Shown here in pieces: positions 35,546 to 35,559 of a stretch of DNA of 35,559 bases (position 1 is its first letter; each line of letters starts with the position of its first letter). The notes beneath the pieces were generated by a model. It did not search any database, was not told the DNA's origin, and saw only the letters and a program-made list of their open reading frames with translations. A program made the position numbers and the translations under genes. The stretch spans positions 1-35,559 of IMG/VR virus record IMGVR_UViG_3300038673_000605; one strand, given 5' to 3'. Source of the DNA: a virus. Its lineage: Duplodnaviria; Caudoviricetes.

Positions 35546-35559
35546 ACAGGGTGCGAAGT

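Noticed and set aside
1-35559. Canonical CRISPR repeat-spacer array
   Set aside because: I found no identical 25-40-nt repeats separated by unique spacers in any intergenic gap; an array could lie outside the window.
1-35559. Integrase, att site, tRNA or host genes
   Set aside because: None recognised, so provirus versus free virus cannot be decided from this window.

Overview
The window is a contiguous piece of a head-tailed (HK97-fold, siphovirus-like) archaeal virus or provirus, almost entirely encoded on the minus strand. GGTGA/GGAGG ribosome-binding sites, a viral PCNA, a TFB-type zinc ribbon and Cys-His-Asp transglutaminase-like domains on the tape measure suggest a pseudomurein-walled methanogen host (Methanobacteriales); this host call is inference. 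In transcription order (right to left) it holds: (1) a replication/DNA-modification block (SWIM protein, PCNA, N6-methylase-like protein, Ada-type Zn protein, CysH-like protein, DEDDh exonuclease); (2) an array-less type IV-B-like CRISPR-Cas operon (csf1-cas11-csf2-csf3-unknown-cysH) that unusually ends in cas6; (3) an HNH-AP2 gene and regulators; (4) a non-coding zone rich in inverted repeats, including a 26-bp-periodic array of sequence-diverse palindromes at 20159-20273; (5) a membrane/lysis block; (6) terminase, portal, a MuF-ADP-ribosyltransferase fusion, scaffold, capsid, neck, tail tube, a tail chaperone with a -1 frameshift, tape measure and a truncated tail gene. At least four genes appear to start at ATA/ATC/ATT codons. 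I found no canonical CRISPR array, integrase or tRNA. All family calls come from motif recognition by eye, not database searches.
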